Position numbers and translations under genes: made by a program
The notes under the pieces: generated by a model
Seen by the model: only the letters and a program-made list of their open reading frames with translations
Told to the model about the DNA's origin: nothing
Databases searched by the model: none
Shown: positions 25,039-33,783 of the stretch, piece after piece
Layout of the letters: each line of letters opens with the position of its first letter
How positions within the stretch are numbered: the stretch's first letter is position 1
DNA from: Candidatus Zhuqueibacterota bacterium
GTDB lineage: Bacteria; Zhuqueibacterota; Zhuqueibacteria; Thermofontimicrobiales; Thermofontimicrobiaceae
Assembly (NCBI GenBank): GCA_016783825.1
Contig: JADHVV010000002.1
Location: 3,259 to 67,258, forward strand
Direction of reading: 5' to 3'
DNA: 64,000 bases

Positions 25039-27045
25039 TTATCTGAGCAAAGTCATCTTTTTAGATTGAATAAATTTTCCAGCTTTTATTTGATAAACAT
25101 AAGTTCCAGCCGATACAGTCATTCCTGAATTATCCCTGCCATCCCAAATTATATTATAATATCCAGCAGCTTGATTTTTTCGCACAAGTGTTCTCACTTC
25201 ATCTCCCAATAAATTAAAAATCACTAATTCAACTTCAACTGATTCACCATTTAAATCGGGAATTTGATAACTGATTACCGTTTCCGGGTTAAATGGATTC
25301 GGGTAATTCTGGATGAGAACAAATCTTTTTGGAGATTGAAGCAATACTTCAATTGTTGAAGAATATTCAAAGCTGCCGTCAAAATCGATTTGTTTCAGCC
25401 GATAAAAATAATGGTTTTCTGAAATATCTTTATCAACGTAACTGTAAGAGGTCGGAGAATTACTCGTTCCCTGTCCGTTAATAAATCCCAAATTTTTCCA
25501 TAATTCATCCGTTTCACTTCTTCTTTGTAATTCAAAACCATAATTATTTGACTCGGAGAGCGTTGTCCAATTTAAGATTACCCTATTTTTTGAAATTGAG
25601 GCATTAAACGAAGCCATTTCAACCGGAACAAAATTGGTTGAATTTATATTAAGCTGCAATGGACTGGAAAAATTTCCTGCTAATTCTTCGCCAAGAGCGT
25701 ATTGTTCATTCGCACTCAGAAAATAGGATTCGTATGTTATACTGATATCACCAACGATATATGTTTCTGTTCCATCAATTTGAATGCCGGAATCACCGTA
25801 AGATTTCTCATCACCTGTATCATAATCATCAATGGTAGAATCATCTTTATAGTAAATAGTTTGCTCATCTCCCAAAGGACTGATATTGAACAACACAACA
25901 ATTGCTCCCGGTTCACCAGTAATCATAAACCAGTTTGTTGTATCGACTTCTAAGGTGTTGTAATAGGCATCAGGATTACCATCAATAGTTAATCCTGATG
26001 GATTATACGGATTATAAAAATTCATTTCCACAGCATCGGAATTGAAATCAAACGATTGCCTGATCAAATCAACTTTATCTTCAGTTTTTAATATACCGGA
26101 TATCCCCCCTGATTCAATTGAATATGGATAATACATGAGATTCAATGAAAATACCTTTACCATACCATATAATTCAATTGTCCACTGTGCTCCTCTTATA
26201 ACTCTGACTGGCCCATCTTTATATTTTATAGTTGGAGGGAATGTTTCTAACAACTCTTCGGTTAACATCACATTAGGGATCTCGAAAGGGATATCTCCAA
26301 AATAAATAGTTACAGTTAGTATAAGACGAAATTTTTGACGATCTAAAAAATCGATATTACCTCCCCCCACAGAACCCGGAATAAGCCAATAGTCAGCCAA
26401 TCCCCCGATATGATGACCTTCAATATAATTTATCGCTTCTATAGTATCCGCACCTGCACTATCAGGGTTCGGAATATAATAGACGTAATCAGCCATATTT
26501 GCATCCAACAATTCCGAGGTTGATCGATAAATATATACCCAGCCTTGCCTGTCATTATCAGTCGTATCGGTAACTGAAATTTCTACTCGATCGAATTGTT
26601 TTGAAGTCTCATCATCGATCCAACTTTCAGGAGGTGCTTTATCTCCCATGTCTTTAGCCATAAAAATAAGTTCATCATTAAAATTAAACAAACCATTTTT
26701 TTTTTCATCCAAAAAGTCATTCGACTGATCCTTTTCATCAAACTGAAAAGGGATTTGATTCCACGCTGATTCTGAAGCATTATACGAATAAACATAGAGA
26801 TCACTAATGTTAGTATGAACGAATTCTGGCATGTCATTTCCGGTAATCACAATGGGTTCATAATCACGGGCATTGTTCCAATATTGGGCAAATGCATTTG
26901 AAAATATCAAACAACTTGAGATTATGGCTATTACCATAATTTCAATTTTATGGAGCGATTTAATTCTACTCATGGATTCTTCCTCCAAATTATCTCGTTT
27001 ATTTTTGAATTGTTGTTGCCAATTCCGGTATTTTTGTAATTGCAA
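25039..27045 (-). CDS. Paralogous secreted protein (668 aa as listed) lacking the cohesin modules; T9SS-type C-terminal sorting domain
   Basis: Its N-terminal ~450 aa is collinear with the neighbour (WNNARDYEPIVITGN here, WNNFRDYETIIITGQ there; FMAKDMGDKAP here, VMAKDAGDKSP there). It ends NYPNPFNPETVISYQIP...GTYVYQIKAG...KKMTLLR. The real start is probably the MSRIKSL signal peptide at nt 26973. Confidence 0.85.
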   Translation of the reverse strand: MQLQKYRNWQQQFKNKRDNLEEESMSRIKSLHKIEIMVIAIISSCLIFSNAFAQYWNNARDYEPIVITGNDMPEFVHTNISDLYVYSYNASESAWNQIPFQFDEKDQSNDFLDEKKNGLFNFNDELIFMAKDMGDKAPPESWIDDETSKQFDRVEISVTDTTDNDRQGWVYIYRSTSELLDANMADYVYYIPNPDSAGADTIEAINYIEGHHIGGLADYWLIPGSVGGGNIDFLDRQKFRLILTVTIYFGDIPFEIPNVMLTEELLETFPPTIKYKDGPVRVIRGAQWTIELYGMVKVFSLNLMYYPYSIESGGISGILKTEDKVDLIRQSFDFNSDAVEMNFYNPYNPSGLTIDGNPDAYYNTLEVDTTNWFMITGEPGAIVVLFNISPLGDEQTIYYKDDSTIDDYDTGDEKSYGDSGIQIDGTETYIVGDISITYESYFLSANEQYALGEELAGNFSSPLQLNINSTNFVPVEMASFNASISKNRVILNWTTLSESNNYGFELQRRSETDELWKNLGFINGQGTSNSPTSYSYVDKDISENHYFYRLKQIDFDGSFEYSSTIEVLLQSPKRFVLIQNYPNPFNPETVISYQIPDLNGESVEVELVIFNLLGDEVRTLVRKNQAAGYYNIIWDGRDNSGMTVSAGTYVYQIKAGKFIQSKKMTLLR

Positions 27046-27241
27046 CTTAATTTTTTAAAAAAGATCAAATATAAATTAACTGATTTTTTTTTAAATAGCA
27101 ACAATTTTTTCTTGAATATTTTTTTTTACTTGCTTGTTTGTATTTTTTTAGACAATGAAAAAAAACAATATTTGAATTGACATTTAAAAAATTTTTATTT
27201 ATTTTAAGTCGGGAATTATCAAAAAAACAGGAATAATTATT

Positions 27242-27442
27242 ATGGAAGCAATTAAGGGAATTTATAAAAACGGAAAGATACCAATAAAACAAAAACCTTT
27301 ATTTTTTGACCCAGTTGAAGTTTTAATCATTTTTCCTGAAAAGAAAAAAAAGCCACAAAAAATTGGCGGACTTTTCAAAGATAGTAATTTAGATTATGAA
27401 AAAATAGAGAAGGATTTAAAAAAATTGTATAACCATTATTAA
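27242..27442 (+). CDS. Small protein (66 aa) with an AF2212/DUF104-like antitoxin-type N-terminus; no partner toxin
   Basis: MEAIKGIYKNGKIPIKQKP...VEVLIIFPE resembles the MxxIxaxYxnGvl...v.v.f pattern of DUF104-type small proteins. The assignment is weak. Confidence 0.4.
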   Translation: MEAIKGIYKNGKIPIKQKPLFFDPVEVLIIFPEKKKKPQKIGGLFKDSNLDYEKIEKDLKKLYNHY

Positions 27443-27512
27443 CAAATGATCCAATTGTAATAAACAGCAAATTTGTAAATTGCATTAAATAAAATATTTT
27501 TGGAGAAATAAA

Positions 27513-30500
27513 TTGTCGCGAATAACTTTTTGTTCTGCACCCTCCTGGGCAACACTGTTGGAAAAAAGCGATGAGTGGTTAAATGAAAAAAACAAACCAA
27601 CTTTGTTTCTAATCCCACAAAACTGGCAATCTCAAAATCTTCAACAATCTTTTCCGGGCAGCCAAACGCTTACGACAACTCAATTGCTACAACGGTACAT
27701 CAACAAGAAATTTGATGAGAAGCAGTTACTCTCAAAGCAATCGGTTGAATATTTGCTCCTGTCTGTTATTTTTAAAACATCACCCGGAGATGAACAGACA
27801 GTGGCGCGGTATTTAAATATTGAAACTTATTACCAGGGATATGCCCGGGCGCTGACCGAGTTCATTCTTGATTTCCGGGAAAACGGTCAGGAAAATTTAT
27901 TAACCGCTTTGAATGCTTTTAAACGGGATGTACTCACTGCAAAAGAACATGATTTAGTCGATATTCATGATGAACTGGAAAATCTGCTTAAAGAAAATGA
28001 TTTATTTGATTATCGCAGGGCAGTTTTCGACTTTTTGGAAGATAAAGAAACAGGCAAGCCCGAAGTTTTTTTGCCGGAATTATCAGATGCGAAACTGGTC
28101 ATTGCCGGTTTTAACCATATCAATTTCCTTGAATCAAAACTGATTGGTTGGCTGATGTACCGGTTTAGGATGAGCATTTTTACTTTTTGTGAAAATTCAA
28201 ATGCTGCGGAAGCCACTTTTAAATCCCAGAATTCGATTCAGGATTTTATTAATAAAGCGAAACAGGTATTTAAGGAAAACTTTGAAGATGTTAAAATCCT
28301 TTCGCCGGCAAAAACACCTTTACAACCATTGGCAGAACTACTTTTCGTTGATGATAAAAAGGAGCTCCTGCCAGGTTCAACCACCAATGTTTTTATTAAA
28401 TCATCAAACGACCGCTACAACGAAGTTACACTTATTGCACGACAGATTCGACAGTTGCTGTCCGAAGGTGTGCCACACCAACATATCCGTGTTATATTTC
28501 CAAATTATGAAACTTATGTTTCGCTTCTGCGGGAGGTGTTTCCGCGCTATGAAATTCCTTTTAAATTATCTTCGGGAACTCCACTACCATTTTTTCCATT
28601 GGCGCAGCTTCTTTCCAATATGATCAACCAGGCGGTGGTTGCCAGTCCGTTTGCTTTGCGTGAGCACATTTTTTCTTCTCCTTATATAACATTTTCACTC
28701 GAAGTTACTGCTGATGTTTTGATCAAATTTGTAACAAACATTTCTGTTGAGCTATCGGCTATTCAAGAAACTATTGACAAATTCCTGTCAAATCCAACAT
28801 CATTTACTTTGAATTATTCATGGCTGCAAGCGGTACAAAAGAAGGCTGCGCAAACCATTCGTTCATCAGAAAAATTACACCCATTACAACTGGTCGTGCG
28901 CTATTTTAACAAACTTTATGAAAATAATCGAGAGAAAAATTTGCAGCAGATTTTTAAAGCTGTTATAAATTATTTTTTGTTAGCTCGTGCTGAAAGAGCG
29001 CTTTATGTCTGGCGCAATGAAATGGAAGTCCCTGCCTTTACTGCTGCGTTTGAAAGATTAGTGCAGCGTTTTCAAATTGAGAAAAATATGAATGAGTCTG
29101 GCAGGCAAAATAATGATACTTTGAAAACTGTAATCGAACAGGACAAGCTTGTACTGGAAACAATTCGAAAAATAATCAAACACCTTGAGCAGCAGTTATC
29201 AACCCTGGCAGTGAAATCAGAACAAAAATTTCCATTAACAGACCTGGCTCGATCTTTTTCCAGTTTAATGTCTGACCCTGAATTTTATTTGTCGGATGGA
29301 GGGACAGAAGGTGTGGCGATTTTCACTCAGGATGAGGCATCCCTTAAATTTATGCCGGTAACTTTTATCGGTGGGCTTATCGATGGCGAATTTCCAGCCA
29401 AAGAGCCGTTCAATTTTTTGCAGCCTAAAAAAGAAGGCGAGGTGCTCTCTGACAGCCTGTCTTTTGTGGACAGGGATCGGCAAATATTTTATCAACTTAT
29501 TGCAGCGACGACAGAGAAACTTTATATTTCCAACCCTGTTTCTGATAATGGCAAAAAGCTATTGGTTTCCCCATTTGTTACTGAAATTCAAAAATGTTTT
29601 TCTGAAGGAGAAAATCTCACAGCCACGATAAACGAAAAACTTTACACATCCCGTGAAAAACTCGCTTACCTGGGGCAGCATGTTGATCGCTCCTTTGAGA
29701 GTACGATGCCCCTGCTGAAAGAATTTCAGGAAAATTCCCCGGAATTTTTCAATCAGATAATTTCAATATTCCAGTGCGATGGCTTGCGCGGCAGTGTAAA
29801 AAGTTTCTCTTTATTCGATGGTCTGTTTTATTCCCCGGTTGCTATTGCAGCAATCCGGGAGCAAATAGATGATTCATTTGTTTTCAACGTAGAAAAGTTA
29901 GAGCGGTTTGCCGGCTGCCCATTACGATTTTTATTTGATGACCTTTTGCAGTTAAAACCGGATTTTCTTTACGACTATCATCCTGATCGAACTGAACGCG
30001 GTATTTTAATAAAGAAAATTTTAACCGATTACACCAAGGTCGCTTCTACGGAAGGAAGAGTGCCGGGTAACGCTGCCGAAATTTTACAGCAGTCCGCTGC
30101 TTCTGCATTAGAAGAAATTCTGAATGAGAAAGAAGATTTGTTTAACATTCGTTTCAAACGCGGGCTGACAGTCGGTCTCGATCAAGACGAGAAAACAAAG
30201 CGTAAGCGTCCCGGTTTATTGGCTGCGTTTTTAAAAAATGAAAAGACAGCTAAAGATTTAATTGAACCGTATTTTGCAGATATTGTTTTTGAAAATGAAA
30301 ACGGTAATCGTTTCCTGCTGGATAATATTCCCATAAACATAAAAATTGAACGGGTTGATAAAACCAAAGATGGCAAGTTCCTTCTTATTTATAATTACAG
30401 TATTGCTGATTTCGGTAACGTTGAGGGAATTGGCAAAGGGCTCCGTTTTAATTTGCCTCTACAAATTATTGCTTTGCGTGATTATTTAAGACGGCTTAAA

Positions 30501-30896
30501 AAAGAGGATAAAGTAGCCGGCGCTGGAATTTATTTGGTGAGAAATTATCGAAATATTAAGCACGGTGGTTATTTTGCTATCAAAGATTTACAGGCAACTC
30601 GCGAGGAAAAAGTAACTGAAGAAACTCCGATTATTTCCGGTCAGCGAAAATTCGGATTTTTACCAGCGGCAAATTTTGAAGAAGAATTAGACAATGTAAA
30701 AAAACGGGTAGTCCATATAAAAAATTTGATTCAAAGAGGTCGTTTCCATTTGCCGATTTGTACTGTAAAAGATCAAACATGCGCTAACTGTTACTTCACT
30801 CGCATTTGTCGAAAAGAACAATTGCGGTTGGATAATCTTTATCTTCAGTTGGATGAGAAAGATGTTTATAAACCAAAGAGGAGGTTGGTTGATTGA
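27513..30896 (+). CDS. AddB-like PD-(D/E)XK-superfamily subunit with Fe-S cluster cysteines (1127 aa)
   Basis: C-terminal domain has LERFAGCPLRFLFDDLL plus CTVKDQTCANCYFTRIC (Cys ... Cx2Cx5C, the AddB iron-staple arrangement) and ERVD ... LLIYNYS ... PLQIIALRDYL. The N-terminus lacks a Walker A. TTG start preceded by GGAGA. Confidence 0.75.
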   Translation: MSRITFCSAPSWATLLEKSDEWLNEKNKPTLFLIPQNWQSQNLQQSFPGSQTLTTTQLLQRYINKKFDEKQLLSKQSVEYLLLSVIFKTSPGDEQTVARYLNIETYYQGYARALTEFILDFRENGQENLLTALNAFKRDVLTAKEHDLVDIHDELENLLKENDLFDYRRAVFDFLEDKETGKPEVFLPELSDAKLVIAGFNHINFLESKLIGWLMYRFRMSIFTFCENSNAAEATFKSQNSIQDFINKAKQVFKENFEDVKILSPAKTPLQPLAELLFVDDKKELLPGSTTNVFIKSSNDRYNEVTLIARQIRQLLSEGVPHQHIRVIFPNYETYVSLLREVFPRYEIPFKLSSGTPLPFFPLAQLLSNMINQAVVASPFALREHIFSSPYITFSLEVTADVLIKFVTNISVELSAIQETIDKFLSNPTSFTLNYSWLQAVQKKAAQTIRSSEKLHPLQLVVRYFNKLYENNREKNLQQIFKAVINYFLLARAERALYVWRNEMEVPAFTAAFERLVQRFQIEKNMNESGRQNNDTLKTVIEQDKLVLETIRKIIKHLEQQLSTLAVKSEQKFPLTDLARSFSSLMSDPEFYLSDGGTEGVAIFTQDEASLKFMPVTFIGGLIDGEFPAKEPFNFLQPKKEGEVLSDSLSFVDRDRQIFYQLIAATTEKLYISNPVSDNGKKLLVSPFVTEIQKCFSEGENLTATINEKLYTSREKLAYLGQHVDRSFESTMPLLKEFQENSPEFFNQIISIFQCDGLRGSVKSFSLFDGLFYSPVAIAAIREQIDDSFVFNVEKLERFAGCPLRFLFDDLLQLKPDFLYDYHPDRTERGILIKKILTDYTKVASTEGRVPGNAAEILQQSAASALEEILNEKEDLFNIRFKRGLTVGLDQDEKTKRKRPGLLAAFLKNEKTAKDLIEPYFADIVFENENGNRFLLDNIPINIKIERVDKTKDGKFLLIYNYSIADFGNVEGIGKGLRFNLPLQIIALRDYLRRLKKEDKVAGAGIYLVRNYRNIKHGGYFAIKDLQATREEKVTEETPIISGQRKFGFLPAANFEEELDNVKKRVVHIKNLIQRGRFHLPICTVKDQTCANCYFTRICRKEQLRLDNLYLQLDEKDVYKPKRRLVD

Positions 30897-30920
30897 ACTT
30901 TTGGGTTTTGAAGTATTTTT

Positions 30921-31260
30921 GTAACTATTCAGTGTGGTTACAAAAGTCATTCTGAGGGAGCTTGCGACCGAAGAATCTCTCTAAATTCTGCACTTTTTTA
31001 AAAATAATACGAGATTCTTCACTTCCCAACATCACCATCCCCCCCAGGGCTGTTCAGTTCTAATAAAAAATGACACAAAGTCATGTCATTCCGGCTGGAG
31101 CGAAGCGGAATGCCGGAATCTTGTGGTTGAAATCAGGAGATTCCGGCTAAAAACATGCCGGAATGACAGTTCTTAACAAAACTATATTAGAATTGAACAG
31201 CCCTGACCATCCCCCTCCCTCGTTCAGAATGACTTTAATACAACGAAACTGAATAGTTAC
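30921..31260. mobile_element. MITE-like palindromic element, copy A (carries a nested second element)
   Basis: Terminal inverted repeats gtaactattcagt / actgaatagttac. Subterminal IR gtcattctgagggag / ctccctcgttcagaatgac. Inner IR gaagaatctc / gagattcttc. Collinear with copies at 48939-49141 and 50866-51030 (the latter inverted). Confidence 0.8.
31045..31205. mobile_element. Second MITE-like element nested inside copy A
   Basis: IR cagggctgttcagttctaat / attagaattgaacagccctg. Flanked by duplicated accatcccc(c), a 9-10 bp duplication that looks like a target-site duplication. That stretch occurs only once, in a slightly diverged form, in the uninterrupted copy C. The core hairpin gtcattccggc...gccggaatgac is related to the elements at 40087-40181 and 57481-57560. 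Confidence 0.7.
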
Positions 31261-31295
31261 ATAATTTTTTAAAAAAGTAAGATAATAGGGTTATA

Positions 31296-31865
31296 ATGAC
31301 AGCGAAAGAAATCATAAATATCTTGAAAAAAGGTGAAGGATACACCTCTGAATTCAAAGAATCGAGAAATGCTTTGCCTGCCAACATATTTGAAACGGTA
31401 TGTGCTTTTTTAAATAGATTTTCTCCGCACCCTAAAAATCCGGCTATTGTTAAATTCTTTCAGCAAATGGGGCGGGCGGAAGAGTTGGGTTCGGGAATCA
31501 GAAATATAAAGCAGTATCTTCCGCTTTATTCGAAACAATCAAAATTTGAGTTTATTGAAGGGGACACCTTTAAGACAATTATTACATACGAAGAACCCGA
31601 TGCGACCATGCAAGAAACCATGCAAGAAACCATGCAAGTTAACCACCTGATTTTAAAATGCGTAGGCGAAATATCAGTAAATCAATTGATGAAAGTTTTA
31701 AAATTAAAAAACAGAGATAACTTTCGCAAAATATACATGAAGCCGGCGATTGAAAATGGATTAATAGAAATGACTATTCCCGATCAGCCAAAAAATAGAA
31801 ATCAGAAATATCGGCTGACAAAAAAAGGTGAAATGTTTAGAAAAACGATAGGACAGCAAAAATGA
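31296..31865 (+). CDS. Internally deleted paralog of the neighbouring AlbA_2/HATPase_c_4 protein (189 aa), possibly a decaying gene
   Basis: Aa 1-41 (KKGEGYTSEFKESRNALPANIFETVCAFLNR) align to the AlbA_2 start of the next gene. The sequence then jumps (near nt 31416-31420) to PKNPAIVKFFQQMGRAEELGSGIRNIKQYLPLYSKQSKFEFIEGD, which matches the end of the neighbour's ATPase-like domain. About 330 aa are absent. The C-terminal wHTH-like tail is retained. Confidence 0.7.
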   Translation: MTAKEIINILKKGEGYTSEFKESRNALPANIFETVCAFLNRFSPHPKNPAIVKFFQQMGRAEELGSGIRNIKQYLPLYSKQSKFEFIEGDTFKTIITYEEPDATMQETMQETMQVNHLILKCVGEISVNQLMKVLKLKNRDNFRKIYMKPAIENGLIEMTIPDQPKNRNQKYRLTKKGEMFRKTIGQQK

Positions 31866-31894
31866 ATTTTTCCAGGAAAGTATTTCTGTGAAAG

Positions 31895-33682
31895 ATGTAT
31901 CAAAATCAAGTCCCAATAAGTTCATTTTATCGAAGTGTTTTAAAAAAGAATGAGAATAGCATGACAAATGAAGAACTAAAAAATATTATAAAATCCGGCG
32001 AAAACATTTCCGTAGAATTTAAAGAAGCAAAACGCCAGCTGCCTGAAAACTTGTTTGAAACCATCTGTGCTTTTCTTAATATGGAAGGCGGGAAAATATT
32101 ATTGGGAGTTCGTGATGATGGGGCAATTTTAGGTGTTGATCCTGAAAGCATCGCCAGGCTAAAAAATGACATTGCCAATCTCTCAAATAATCATCAGAAA
32201 TTGGATCCTGTTTTTATGCTTTCTGCTCATGAAATAAAATATAAAGGGAAAACCGTATTATTAATAGATGTGCCGGTTAGTTCACTGGTACATAAGTGTA
32301 ATGGTGTTGTCTATGCCCGAAATGAAGAAGGTGATTATAGAATAACGCGGCTTGAAGCCATAGCAGGACTTGTCAATCGCAAACAAAGTTATTTTACAGA
32401 ACAGAGAGTTTATCCTTACATCACGATTGATGATTTGAATACAAAATTATTAAACCGGGCAAAAAGGCTTATTCAGGGAAATTCACCGGGACATCCCTGG
32501 ATTGAATTGCCAACCGACGAACTGCTGCACCGGGCAGGATTTTACCGTAAAGCATCGGATGGAGCAGAAGGATTTACCCTGGCAGCAATTCTTTTCTTTG
32601 GCAAAGATGAAACCATCCAGTCAGTTGCTCCAGCCTACAAATTTGACGCCCTGTTGAGAAAGCACAATCTTGATCGTTATGACGACCGCTTGATTGTACG
32701 AACAAATTTATTAGATGCTTACGATTTACTGATGGAATTTATTGCCAAACATTTGAACGATCCATTTTACCTGGAAGGTGATCTTCGTATTAGCTTACGG
32801 GACAAAATATTTCGGGAGTTGGTAGCCAATATCATTGCTCATCGAGAATACTTGGACGGTCGTCCGGCAACATTGATTATCTACAAAGACAAAGTGGTTT
32901 TTACAAATCCAAATATACCACACGGTAGAGGCGTCATCGATCCGAAACATTTCACACCTTTTTCAAAGAATCCAACAATTTGTAAATTTATGCTGCAAAC
33001 CGGTCGAATCGAAGAAGTGGGGTCAGGTATCAGGAATGTCAGTAAATATCTGCCGCTGTATTCAAAACAGGGTAAGTTCGAATTTATTGAAAGTGATATG
33101 TTTGAGACAAATATTTTTTTGGGTGAACTTACCCTACAAACTGCACAGAAAAGTTCCCCTGTAAGTTCCCAGATAAGTTCACAGAAAAGTACCCACGAAA
33201 CTACCCAGAAAACTACCCAGAAAATGATTGAACTTATTAAGGAAAATCCACACATAACGCGTAAAGAAATGGCTGTGAAAATAGGAATCACAGAAGATGG
33301 TATTAAATATAATTTGCGCAAAATGCAAAATAATAAAATTATAAAACGAATCGGTCCCGATAAAGGCGGATTTTGGAAAATAATCAATCAAAAAACTTTT
33401 AAATCTCATCAACAATCCATTGGGGAAAGTTCCCATATAAGTTCACAGAGAATTACCCAGAAAACTACCCACGAAACTACCCAGAAAACTACCCAAAAAA
33501 TGATTGAACTTATTAAGAAAAATCCATACATCACGCGTAAAGAAATGGCTGTGAAAGTAGGAATCACAGAAGATGGTGTTAAATATAATTTGCTCAAAAT
33601 GCAAAATAATAAAATTATAAAACGAATCGGTCCCGACAAAGGAGGATATTGGAAGGTAAATAAATCTAAAATGCAGGAATAA
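31895..33682 (+). CDS. AlbA_2 (Schlafen-like) + HATPase_c_4 ('RecG-like' putative ATP-binding regulator) protein with two tandem C-terminal wHTH modules
   Basis: ISVEFKEAKRQLPENLFETICAFLNMEGGKILLGVRDDGAILGV is the AlbA_2 motif. RELVANIIAHREY...VVFTNPN is HATPase_c_4-like. A 92-aa C-terminal module is duplicated. The likely true start is MTNEELKN at nt 31961. Confidence 0.8.
   Translation: MYQNQVPISSFYRSVLKKNENSMTNEELKNIIKSGENISVEFKEAKRQLPENLFETICAFLNMEGGKILLGVRDDGAILGVDPESIARLKNDIANLSNNHQKLDPVFMLSAHEIKYKGKTVLLIDVPVSSLVHKCNGVVYARNEEGDYRITRLEAIAGLVNRKQSYFTEQRVYPYITIDDLNTKLLNRAKRLIQGNSPGHPWIELPTDELLHRAGFYRKASDGAEGFTLAAILFFGKDETIQSVAPAYKFDALLRKHNLDRYDDRLIVRTNLLDAYDLLMEFIAKHLNDPFYLEGDLRISLRDKIFRELVANIIAHREYLDGRPATLIIYKDKVVFTNPNIPHGRGVIDPKHFTPFSKNPTICKFMLQTGRIEEVGSGIRNVSKYLPLYSKQGKFEFIESDMFETNIFLGELTLQTAQKSSPVSSQISSQKSTHETTQKTTQKMIELIKENPHITRKEMAVKIGITEDGIKYNLRKMQNNKIIKRIGPDKGGFWKIINQKTFKSHQQSIGESSHISSQRITQKTTHETTQKTTQKMIELIKKNPYITRKEMAVKVGITEDGVKYNLLKMQNNKIIKRIGPDKGGYWKVNKSKMQE
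33164..33665 (+). repeat. Tandem in-frame duplication (264/276-bp unit) encoding the wHTH module, preceded by 12-nt micro-repeats
   Basis: atgattgaacttattaag starts at 33224 and again at 33500 (offset 276). Unit 2 has one extra 12-nt actacccagaaa-type repeat (TTQK/THET). The truncated paralog has accatgcaagaa x2.5 at 31604-31640 (TMQETMQETMQ). Confidence 0.85.
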
Positions 33683-33783
33683 ATAATGAAACGCTCCGAA
33701 GCCAAACAAATAATTGGGAAAAGTATTTGAATGTACAGTTTTTCTCATAATCGATCCATAAAAAATCAAAAGGAAAAAACCAA

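Noticed and set aside
30897-33783. A flanking direct repeat for the AlbA_2 insertion (ttggg..aagtattt near 30903-30920 and near 33706-33725).
   Set aside because: The match is short, gapped and AT-rich, so it cannot be told apart from chance by eye. It is not reported as an insertion boundary.
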